Positions 28,998-41,169 of a stretch of DNA of 64,000 nt are shown here, in pieces. The notes beneath the pieces are model-generated. The model searched no databases and had not been told where the DNA came from. It saw only the letters and a program-made list of their open reading frames with translations. The translations under genes were made by a program, and so were the position numbers. Source of the DNA: Balanoglossus misakiensis (lineage: Eukaryota > Animalia > Hemichordata); NCBI GenBank assembly GCA_040954595.2, contig CM082594.2, positions 11,858,985 through 11,922,984 on the forward strand, read 5' to 3'. Position 1 is the first letter of the stretch; each line of letters opens with the position of its first letter.

Positions 28998-30273
28998 CAA
29001 ACCTCATTATTTCACACCCTGCAGCTCGAAGTGTACAATAATTTGGAGCACTGCAAACTCTTACATTTTGTAAAAGTACCGCAGAACCTCATAGCAGTTG
29101 CGCTCAACTTACGTCACGTTTTCCATGAATATTTTATTTGTCAATTCAGATAACACAACCAATGCCGTCAGATGAAGCCCCCCCCCCCGGGCCCTGCTAA
29201 AGTTCTTTTTCATCTACCAACGTACCCACTGTACAAAGCCAAAGAAATAAGGAATCCAGCCGTCCAGTCCGTCAGTTCTATACTCCCCCCCCCCCCCCCC
29301 CGAATACTTTGCTGGAAAGTCCCCGGGTTATTGCCCGAGGATACAACAGTTTTACTGGTGTATCGAATTGGCCCTGATTCGGTCGTGGGGAATGTGCTTC
29401 AATATACGATACGGCAACAGCTGTGTGTGCCGTGGCCCACGTTGAAGGTCTCCGGGCGCAGAGGTGGCATCGATGGTTTTTGCCTGCCGCGGTTGTCAGC
29501 TTCTGACTTCAAGAAACACAAGACATGGTACAATTTTGGCAGCTGGAATTTGGGCGATGGAAGTTCAACTCTTAGTTGATTCAAAGTTGAAGAGGTTTGC
29601 CTAAATCTGAGGTAAGCTTGCACATAAAATGTGGGCGAGTTTAATACATGAATTTATTATACACACAGGTGGCAATGACAGCCATGGTGAACTCGACGTA
29701 CATGTCAAAACTCAGCCATATATGTCATCTCATGCTGCTAGTAACTGTGTTGCCAACACTGACGTTGACTTCGGTATTTTGGCTTTGTATAGGACAAAGT
29801 CACATTACCCTCAAATTGCACAACTGGAATGAAATCGCAATCAAAGCCAGTGCGAGTCTTTCCAAACAAGACTGTTGATATCTGTGGTATATCCATGTTC
29901 ATAATAATATATACCACGGTGCAGCTGTGTACCAAATACATGCTAATCAGTGAAACGCACTTGCATGGACTGCATGGCCGACGATTGGCAGGACGTTTAA
30001 ATATTGTGAAACCAACCAACCAACCAAACGACAGATCTTATATAATTGCCAAAGATGGCGCTACTCGCGACAGGAACATTATTTAGAGGCAGGGCAAAAC
30101 GCCCTTTGAAAACACGGAATTTCACTGAGATTACGAGTAAGAACCGTGAGAAAATAGTAACTTTGTTTTCGAGATTTTCTTTTCACCACGTAATTGAAAA
30201 TAAACCCAGAATTAATGCAAAGGTAACTTGACGTAACTTTTCTCTCTCCTTTAGTTCTGGCAAATTATTTGGG

Positions 30274-31421
30274 ATGTCTCGCTACAAAACAGTGTGTCTG
30301 ACGGGAATTGGTGCGTTTATCGGACTTGGATTTTTGGCAGCCATCTTCACTTTTGCACTCTATTTCACTGGCAATGGATCTAACTCGGGTAAGACTTAAC
30401 TATATTTGTCTTCCAGGAAATGTTAAACAACTGAATATGGCATGAGTGGACAAGGCCAAAGTCAGTGACATGTAGCATCTGTCACTCAAACATACATGTG
30501 TTCTGACCCGAAAAAAGTAAATGTAATCAGTGTGGCCATTCTGGAGCTGCAATAAGCTTTTATGGGCCATACTGACCATAACTACAATGAAAGAAGTATT
30601 TCTTGTAACATTATCAGCGCCATTCATATTACATATTTTTGCTTTTCTCCAAAGGCACGGTATCTAATGACGTTTCGGATGACTTATGTACTGATCCTGT
30701 TGACAGTAATAATATCATAAATGGAAGTGACGTGGAGATTGGTGATGGTTTAAGAGTATACTTTGCTATTCCGGCAACGAGGTGTCCCAAAGGTGCGGTC
30801 ATCCTTCTCCACGACCGATTCGGTTACGACTCGTTCTATAGTCGTTTTCTGTCCCTCTCACTGGCCGAGCATGGTTATACCGTCGCCATGCCGGACCTTT
30901 TCGATGGTGAAAGTTACGATCTAGAATCTGACCCAGAGAGGCTACGAGATCAAGGTCACGTTGATGAGGATATAGCCGTCACGTTTCGTTACCTCCGTCA
31001 GCGCCGCCACTTCCAGGATATCGCCGTCGTTGGGATTGACTGGGGAGGCAAGCAAGTCGTCCGGCTTTGCGCCCGTTCTCGCCGCGATGACGTCAGGGCG
31101 GGGATCAGTTTGTACCCTGTGAACGTCACACCGCAGATGGCACTATCCGTACTGGTTCCAACTCTGTTCATTTATGACAACAATCGCACAGAAGCAGACA
31201 GAGTAGTTGAACTTTTTCAGGCGGCAAACCGATTAATGTCGTCCATAGATGCAGACGATACAGAACTAAATGGATCACCAGCTGCCGTTGAATTTTTTTA
31301 TAACACAAGACAGAGTATTGTAAATGCAGTAAATACTACAGATATCACAAAAACGTCAAAGGGCGTTTTTTCAGCCATACACTTTTGGTTTGATCGCTTC
31401 TTCATGTCAACGACGACATGA
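30274..31421 (+). CDS. Dienelactone hydrolase-like protein, copy 3, membrane-anchored, Asp at the nucleophile position and catalytic His/Asp lost
   Basis: Exon 1 30274-30388 (MSRYKTVCLTGIGAFIGLGFLAAIFTFALYFTGNGSNS, G|gtaaga), exon 2 30655-31421 (ccaaag|GC) in frame with ORF 30639. Motifs HDRFG, MPDLF, GIDWGG (GAC 31038) and ANRL. Confidence 0.88.
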
Positions 31422-32719
31422 GGTATTTTCGCCTATGGTGATTATCAAACCCTTTGAAAACGCAGACATATCTTGAAAAAGTTTACACTGACTCAGTAGA
31501 TATGTGTAGTTCCCGGATGTACTTATTTTTATATTTTATGAAACCGAGGCGCGTGTCTCGCCGTTGGCTCTAATTTGGACCATTGTCATACAAATTTGCT
31601 GGAATTTCGTGCACACACATGTATACATTGAATATAAGCAAGTATCATTCAAATTTTAGAATGCATTATTTTATCCCTTGGATTACAATGGGTAAAACTG
31701 TCGACGTAATGTTGTACCGACTAAGCCAGGAAACGAACAGCATTGTTGACAATAGTTGTCCAATACATTTCTCAGTGACACCAGACAGTAATTGGGCAGC
31801 TGTATTGCCTTATAACCAACTCTATACCCCAATCAGACGGCTTGGTCTATCCAGTCTCGATCAACAGTGTTACTAGCCAAAGGTGAGTTCTATGTATAGC
31901 ACGAAAAAAAACATGTACAGCCCTAAGTGTCATCTTTTTTTTAAAGCATTCCCATCGTTACTTCTGGTCACTTTTCGACTGAAGCGATGGCTGCAGACGA
32001 ACGAAAATGACATTTGCGATTACAGGTCAGGTATTAGTCAACTTATTATTTCGGCTGCCGAATATAGTGAGGGAATAATTCTAATTCCACGGCCTTGGTA
32101 AAGATAAACTATGCTGTTACGTTTTTAAAGCACATCTATTGTTGACGATGAACAATGCTTATGTTTCTAGTCATATTTTTATGTTTGATGTTAACGTTTT
32201 TCTAATTATATCAGAGCCATCCCCTGACAACTTATCTGATTAAGTTTTCGTTCTCAATAACATTTTTTTAAAAAAATATAATCACATTAAAAATGGCTTC
32301 TAAAACAAATTCTGGGATCAGGGATGACATAGTTTAATTTTTTAATTTGTTATATAACATTTAAGCGTTTTTTGTTTAACTCTTCTATATGTCATGCGAA
32401 CAAAACACCTGTTATTTTGATGTAAATTTTGAGATACAACTACAAGGTTCGGACAATGTAACGGGCACAGACAATCGTTACAAGGCAGAGTTGCGTTCTT
32501 TGCCGTTCATTTGAGTTTTCGCTACGTAAAATATCACAAAGCTTTTACTGCGCATACACCAAGAGGAATTTAAGGCTTGATCTACAAATTTGTCATGGAT
32601 CAATCACACTGATTAAAAAAACAAACATTAAACAATTGCAGATTTCCAAAAATGCCCAACAATTCTACTGCTGTGATGTTACGCCTCTATTTATCCAACA
32701 GCACGACACGGATTAAAAC

Positions 32720-33957
32720 ATGTCGAAGGCTTCAAGCGCCATTTTTACAGTCATCGGCATTCTGATGGCGGCCGCAATAACAGCTTCATTTATATTCTTC
32801 TCGATCTATTTTATGGGACCGAAGCCAGGTAAGATTATTTTAAGTTATGCATTTTTGTAGTTTTTCAGTTGGGTTAATTCTCTTACCACATACAAGGTGA
32901 AGAGAAATACTAGTAGACCTTTTCCTAACTCCCACGGGACCCTGCGGGATCTCGTGTGACTAAGTAGTTTATGGGAGGACATTCTCAAGTGAAACAGACA
33001 CACAACACATGGTCCAACGTGATAAACGACACATAAGTTCCATTTTTTAAAACTATGCCACCTCTGAGATTCATACAAAACTCGATTTGTATTCAAGTCT
33101 TGCAAGATGTCAAAATGAGCGGAATCATCTATTGGTCAATCTTTTGCCTTCCTTTTATTGCAGATCCACCCGTCATCGATGTGTCACGGTGTGACACTTG
33201 GAACACATCCCAGCCTTATTCTCTGGTAGATAACGGCACATACGTTGCTCTTGGAAGAGATCTGAACGCCTATATGATGCGCCCTCTCTGCACCAATAGA
33301 GACGCCGCCATTTTGATCATTCACGACATCCGCGGCTGGGAAATGGAAGGGTTTAGCGGGATAATGCGGGATTTGGCTTTGAACGGCTACACTTCGCTGG
33401 CGCCAAACCTCTTCCGAACAGGCCAAGACAACTTCAAACTGGCCGTGCAAAACCGGTCCATGGTGCAGGCAGATTTGTTTTCCACTGTTCGGTACATGAA
33501 ACGAGTTCTGCGTTACAACAGGGTCGATGTCATTGGTTTCGAGTGGGGAGGGACCAAAACTGCTGAGTTTTGCGGCGTGTATCACCCCTCCATCAGTGTG
33601 GAATCGTGCGTCTCCTTCGACGGGATAGACATCACCCCTTTGATGGCACTGGCAACGTTTGAACCCACTCTGTTCATCGCAGAGGCGAATGGTACAGGAG
33701 ATGCCATTGTGAACCAACTCCGTTCGATAGAAACTATCCTGAGAGCTGCAAACCGTTTTCTCGACCATAACGAAGAAGATTCCTGGCTTCATGGTTCGCC
33801 TGTTGGCATCGAAGTGATTGAAAACGCCACTCGTGCGTATGACTATTCGTGGGAAAATCCTGCTTATTACGAGCAGAGAAATGAAACGTCCCCTTACAGA
33901 GAAAAACGAGTATCGAAGGAGGCGTGGGATTTTATGTATTTGTGGCTAGATCGATGA
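32720..33957 (+). CDS. Dienelactone hydrolase-like protein, copy 4, membrane-anchored, Glu at the nucleophile position and catalytic His/Asp lost
   Basis: Exon 1 32720-32828 (MSKASSAIFTVIGILMAAAITASFIFFSIYFMGPKP, G|gtaaga), exon 2 33164-33957 (ttgcag|AT) in frame with ORF 33055. Motifs HDIRG, APNLF, GFEWGG (GAG 33541) and ANRF. Confidence 0.87.
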
Positions 33958-35964
33958 TGAAATACCAAGTTCAGTGCGTACGAACGCACGATTCGCACAT
34001 GTTGTGCAAAAATGTTAACGGCAAAGAAATGTCTTCACATGAGAGGATACAACTTTTATAACGCGGCAATTTAAAGCCGAATGTGTAGCTTGAATTTATT
34101 TTGACGTTATCTTTACACAAAATATCCCTTAGTTTATCCTGTGTTTATATATATATATTTATTAATTTGTCGGTGTACAACACATTTACATTGTACAGCG
34201 TTGTTTTTGTCTTCAAATGGCGAATTCACGTAACTTCATCCTCATTGGCTTAGGACTCGTACGTATCTTGGATTTGCGACAAAACTCCAACTGCTTGTGT
34301 TGGCTAGGATGTCAGTTATTTCTTGGAGTACTCGGACTTGGCTCGGTAGTGTACACATGATGTCTACCATGACAGTATACATTCAACATACCACCAATAA
34401 ACTTATTTTGTTTTCATACGACTACATGACTTGTTAACTACTCTGTATGACTGACCTCAAAGAAATTGTGACTTACCCCTCTATTCTTGGCCAACAGCCG
34501 ATATCCGCCAGTCTCTCATAGTATGCGTTTGGTGGATGCCTGTAATTAACAGAAATGATTATAGAATAAAACATATGCTTTCTAAAATCTCTTGTCTCCT
34601 ACATCAGGTACAAATGTAGTGCCATGCATGGAGAGTAGCTGTTTTGGCGTACACCAGTGGTTCATGTATAGAATGGGGAGGGGGTTACTCACCCTTTTTG
34701 ACATGTTGGCACCCCTATTGGCAATTGGCCAATGGGGGACCAGCAGATACACATCGGAGATAATACAGCACTACCTCCACCCCCTGAGCGCCAGAATGGA
34801 ATCCCCCCGCAAAAAAAACACCAACCTGTTAATGCCATCCTGGATGGAAGACCGCACTCACTGTGTCCACATATCTAAAGCAGGCTGAAATATTCAGTTG
34901 TGTGATGAGAGGGCGCTCCATTCTTCTGAGGCGGGGTGACGAATCTGTATCCGCTATCAGTCGGCTAATCACACGGCGCTGTTGACTATGCTGTAACCAC
35001 TGTCACAATCTACCGTTATGCAAAACGTAAGAGTTCGGATATTCAAGTCACTATAATTCGTTGTTAAACATTAATAAAAAACGCCTCAAAGCCCGTGTAC
35101 CACAGTGACTGTTCAACTATTAATTGAACATAAAACCAGTAATATATATTCCCAAGTCCATCAAAATTCATCTGGTTACGTGTTTACGTATACATGTAAG
35201 TATCTTTTAAGTATCTTAAGCGTTTCATAGTAAGGCATGTTATATAAATCAATGAATATGATATTTGCGTATAGCCAGTTGGTAAACTCTTCTATCGCAG
35301 TATTTTGGCTATCTATCCTCGCATTTCGATCTTGTATCAACCCGGCTCTAAATCGATTATGGAAACCTGAAAAGCGTACACTTTTGCTGACTTTGCGTGT
35401 TCATTTTGCATGCGATCGAGTTGCTAGTGTGCTTCCTCACATTCAAGCCAAGTAGCCAAACAAAACATAGAGAATATATCGTCAGTAAAATAATGGGCAG
35501 AAATGCGTTACCTGTGTTGTGTGCGCATGCGTTAATTTACCTCTTGGCTGGGAGTGAGATGAGCCTTTCTTTTCCCCCGAAGAGGGTACTGCTCCGCACT
35601 TTCTTGCACGAGCTGGAACAAGAACGTTGGTGATATTCGATAAGTCTATGGGTGTGCCGCTGCGACAAATATAGCATTTTGGTGTAACCCCCCACCCAAA
35701 AAACCTATCCATGCAACGTCCATGCTCTGTTCTGGCGCAGTAATCCCCTACTAGTCGGAAGTGTCTGGGTGGCAAATGCCCAGGGTGACAGTCCTAGCAT
35801 CGTACTTGAACATTTACAGAAATTCTCCCTCTGTGTGATATTTTATTTGCGCTCACGACAGGCAGGGAAAACAACGCCGAGAAATTAAAATCAAAACTTA
35901 ATTTCCTCAATGTCACAGACGATACTGAAGTATTTTATTAACCATGTACAGATTCAGTCCGAGG

Positions 35965-37001
35965 ATGGCTAAATCAAAGAAAACGTGTGTAGTCGCTATC
36001 ACATCTGTGGTCGTTGGAGTTGCTGTCGTTGCGGTTGTTCTATCGCTTACGTTCACTGTTTGGTTAAACGATGACACCGGTGAGTCACAGTATTTCTCGG
36101 TGGTGGTGGTGGTGGTGGTGATGATGATCTCTGCTTATCACGACGAACAGAAAAGTCAATAATGACGAGTTAATCAATTATTTATGTATCTTCGATAGAA
36201 ACCCGTCCAGAACCTGGGCCGTGTGATCGAGGCGACGGACACGACGACTATATCGCCAACGGTACAGACATCGCTATCGATGAAAATGTTAACGCCTATT
36301 TGGTTGAACCAACTGATACGTGCCTGGCAGCCGTTATAGTCGTGCACGATATTTACGGTTATGAGTTGGGAGCGACGCGGTTGATTGCTGACGAACTCGC
36401 CTCCCATGGCTACACCGCAATTATGCCAGATCTTTTCCGAGGGAACCCGTGGAATGGTACCGACAATTTTGACCTTAACGATTTTATGCGATGGAGACGC
36501 ACACATCCACAGGAACGCATCGACGAAGACATTGATGTCACTCTGCTCTACATACACGACAATCTTGGAATAGAGAACGTTGGATTTATCGGGTTTTGCT
36601 TCGGGGGCCAGCAAACAGTCTTAGCTTCGATTCCGTCACCCGACAGAATTCAAGCTGGGGTGGGATTTTACGGGTCCGGAATGACTGAAGACGAAGTACT
36701 CGCTATGCAGGCACCAACATTGTTAATCTACGCCCAAAATGACACAGTGGATCCGGTCGAAAACGTCTATAAACTGGAAGACGCACTTCGGGATGCCGAT
36801 CGTTTACTGGACGATCTCACAGCGGACGATTCCGATCTCAGCGGCCCGGCGGCTTTCATCAAAATTTTTGACGACGTCGGGCACGGATTCGTACACAAAG
36901 CTAACAGAAGCGATCCAGTTGCCGCCGTCGCTGCAGGTGAAGCTAAAGCCGACATGTACTACTGGCTGGGAAAATACCTGCCCACCGAGAACAATAATTG
37001 A
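35965..37001 (+). CDS. Dienelactone hydrolase/CMBL-family protein, copy 5, membrane-anchored, intact Cys-Asp-His triad
   Basis: Exon 1 35965-36079 (MAKSKKTCVVAITSVVVGVAVVAVVLSLTFTVWLNDDT, G|gtgagt; an alternative in-frame ATG lies at 35944), exon 2 36199-37001 (cgatag|AA) in frame with ORF 36300. Motifs HDIYG, PDLF, GFCFGG (TGC 36597), QNDT and GHGF. Confidence 0.92.
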
Positions 37002-40000
37002 ACTCAAAATGTATCAGTGATTTTACCGCAAATATTGTCAACATACTAGAATATTAAAGAGTGTGTACGAATACAGCTTAACCCATAGCCGTTTTTTTCT
37101 GGTGATACATTGGATAAAGGTGGGGAGGCCTTCAGTTTTTGTTATACTCGCCATGCTAACATAACCCCATGATCACTCACTAGCTTGGTCGGCACTTAAT
37201 GAAAATATATATGACAGGAAAATTGCACAGTATGGCGTCTGTTATGATATTAATAATTCTGAGGATAGATATGGGCTTTGAGAATTTCAAAACTTCCCCC
37301 ATTGGATAAGGTTTATTGGGGTATCATAAACTCGTTTATTGTAGACGTGTCCCACATATAGTATATCATATGCCAATCTTAACTAGCCTAATGCACAGTT
37401 CAAAGCAATTATAGACTCTCGTCTAAACTTATTTTATGTTGGTGTTGTCACATATCGCCTTTTCCCCCACACGTCATAGAGAAAGTGATGGCTAAAGGTA
37501 AGAAGGCTGGAATTCGAAAAATAGAAGTCGCATTTGTGGGCGTTGGGGTCGCTGTTGTTATGGCCCTCCTTACTATGAATAATTAATTTAGGTATATCCA
37601 TTTCCACATCATACATGTAATTATACCATATCTCTTCTTTGATAATGAACAAAGACAACGGATATTATGATGATGACGACAGCAACGACGATGATGATGA
37701 TGACAATGATCATGGTGGTTGGGGTAAATGCCTGGATAAGTGCTCACTTAATCTAGTTACAGTCCGTTTTTACTGTACAGTAACGTTTAATTGAAATCAT
37801 GCATGGACGTCCGTCTATGCTGTATCATTGCGACATTGGCCACATGCAACGTACAACCACGACATTCCACGTAAAGTCTTGAAAATAACATTATTTTTTT
37901 CTCTGGGTCTGAAACTAACCTTAATTTGTCACTGTTGAATACTCGTGCAAGTTCCATGCGTCGCCCATCCATCCAAAACTCAAGAGATCTTCATACGATA
38001 TATGTGTCGTGGCGTGGAGTTGCAGACGACAAGCCTGTTACCGGGGGTGTACTTCCTATGTTTACTGATACATGTGTAGTACGCATGATTATGTGACGCC
38101 CATGAGGTGGTTTTGATATAAAATATGGTATACACAGTTAAGCCATTCAAATTCTAAAATGGGGGTATTTTTTCAACGCTCTAGTGTTTGGAACAACAAT
38201 ATCGCAATTTGGAATGTTGATAAATTTTACGAACCTGCAGCCTGTAAATCCAGAAATATTTTTTATCAGTTTGATAAGGTATTATATGATTGGTCAGTCT
38301 TTCTACACGTAGAATTGAAATAACATTGAATACAACCAATTGGAGGACGTTTTATTGAGCGCCATATGTGCATGTGTTTCCTGTCACACGTTCTTCTGTT
38401 TTTATCAGCATTGATGAAAAACGGTCCTCCAGTAAATAATCAATCGCTGAGAGAGAGACAGAGACAGAGACAGAGAGGGATATTTTAGGTCATTGACCAT
38501 TGTTCTGTTGCATATATGTTTCTTATGTTATCGACCCATGTTATGCCATACAGAACAAAAGTGACTACTGTCATGAAGTAGTTATAATTGATGAGGCACA
38601 ATTTATTTTTTTTAAACAAGAAAATTTCTTACACAATTGCATGAAGTGCAGTGGAACACTTTATACTGGCTGGTGCATCTCTAGAGGTCATTAAGGGCTT
38701 AAAGGTGACATGAGAAAGTCGTAACCCTTTCATCACCATGGTTGGGTCCAAATTCATCATCTTCGAAGGCAAAGTTGGACCTCTTTGGAGGAACCTGGGG
38801 GTGAAAGGGTTATAGGCCCAATTGTCTCAATTCCTCAATCTCAAATACATACTGTCATAGTTGAAAGGTCACATTGTTTGTCACTTTTCTGAAATCTCCC
38901 TTTCAAAGGAAAGTTGAAGAATGTGTAATCGTAAGACATCAGAAAGTCCTCACCTCTATGCAAACATGGTTGGCAGTCTACAACACAAACACTTCTTTTA
39001 TACTTTATTTTAAAATTACCACCCAAAAAATCCGAAAACTGTGGCTTTCTATCAGCATTGCACTATTCTTTTCATCAATTTCTCTAATCAAAACAACTTT
39101 AAAATGTATGATCAATGAGTGCTGTCATTTCTATATTTTATGATTTTTTGACTGTCCATAAGGTCCATCTGTTTCTCAAAATCTGTAAGAATAAAAAGGG
39201 GCCATTCTGCTAGCCTAAGAAACACAAGGCCATGTACATGTTAATTAAAGGGGAACATTTCATGGCCATTATCATTCTGATTTTAATAGATGCAAAATTC
39301 CATGACAATGATAACAGTAGTAGTTGGTTCTCAAGCAGTTCTCAATGTATTCCTGTGGGAAGAGATCAATTTGACAGTTTTACAGTGCACAAACATCCTT
39401 CACATTCAGTTCTGTTTAATTAAGTACATAATTATTCCTCTTCATATCAAATACTGCCTGTCATTATTTTTGGCAAAGCTTTAAAACCTAACTGTTGCAA
39501 CAGCACTCATAGAAAACACACAAAATGCTGGTGTATTTCAAACCCTGCTCAGGCAAAATATTTGAGAAAAACAAATCAAAATTGAAATATTACAAGAAAA
39601 GAAATTTTAAACAAATTATAATAAAATTAAGCCTCTTTTCTAGTGATACAATAAAGTAAACATACTTCTGTTTAAAATACAAACCCTATATGAAGACATA
39701 TCACTTGATAAAAGTAATGAAAATTTCATAACAATAATAATAACTGAGAAAAGATGTTACTTAGCTTAATACTTAAGAGAAGGCACTTGATATGTTAAAA
39801 AGAAAGAACACTGATGTCTCATCTAATGGTGGCGCTAAACAGTGACAAGTACAAACTTCAATCTTGCACCAAGTACATTCATTTTTCAAAGACTGATTTC
39901 CATTTTAGTCAATCTTGAAAATCTCGATAAATTCTAGTTTTTTCCCTTATAAACAAGTTTTGAAAATCTCCCATTACCAAAAATAGAATTCCACATGCAC

Positions 40001-41169
40001 TGTTATGTCATCAGAAACAGAAAGATTTCATCTCGCATTTTGGCACAAGATTGCTTGAATGGTATTGGTGAAAGTTGTAGAGAAAGCCTCTGAATGTCAA
40101 GTGTATGGAATGTTTCAAAGGACAATGTTCATGTTTAACACCTGACGTTTTATATTTACTAAAACACTTACATGTATCAATCATTGCCAAATAATCACAA
40201 CGATAACTAAGTTGCCTTCAACCATACATGTTAGAACACAAACGAACACCAATACCATTCATCTTGAGTCAAATCCTAACTACAGTGCACATAACCTTTA
40301 CATTTTATGACACTCAGAAAATTTGAAAAATCAATTACATGTATTATCAAAGTACACTGATATGAATTTTTTATTACAACCTTTGTCTAATTATACATGG
40401 TTTTGAATTCCTGATGCAATTTACACTTTTTATATTTGGAAAAAATACAAAAGATACTGAGTTGAAATAACAGTGAAGTCCATTGTACAACAAGATTAGT
40501 GGGGTAAAGGTGCTATATTTTGACAATATTTTGCTCCACTAATCCCCATAAAGTTACACAGGGGCGTAAACCGTGGTTGAAGATAATCTCTGGTACATGT
40601 TAGAAATTATTATAGAAGCATGTTTATGTTTATGTCTACATGATTAAGTGCATGAGAAGGGCTCAGAAAACCAAAAATTCAAAATGCATTGGTATTGGTA
40701 TACAGGTCACAGAGTTCTCAAACTGCACAAAAACATCCTACACATTATCAAAAGACAGCAACTTCATCCCTTAAAATGATAATTAAAACCCAGTCACTTT
40801 CCGAAAATAATTCAATCATTTATTCAACAATCCTAGAAAAAATGAGCCAGATCAGAGGCTAAGTCTGAAAAGAAGACCACATTAAAAAATATTACACCTC
40901 AAGTATTGATATGATTTAATACACCTTTGACACAAAAGACTACGCTTGATATAAACTAATATTTGTTGTGGTAATTGCTTCTCTGCGATGATACTGAACA
41001 ACATACAGTGTGCCCTTGAAACAAGTGGATTTTATTTTACAACCCCCACCCATATCTTCTTAAGTAAAAAATAGTTCCTCAGTGGTAAATGGCTACAAAA
41101 CATCAATGTTTGCTTATGTAGAGACATGTTCTTTGAAAGGCTACTTGTCTGTTTGGTATCACATAGTTC

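Noticed and set aside
33184-33792. 202-aa minus-strand ORF, and similar antisense ORFs at 26988-27275, 36174-36614 and 57870-58382
   Set aside because: Antisense shadows of real coding exons, with no motifs of their own.
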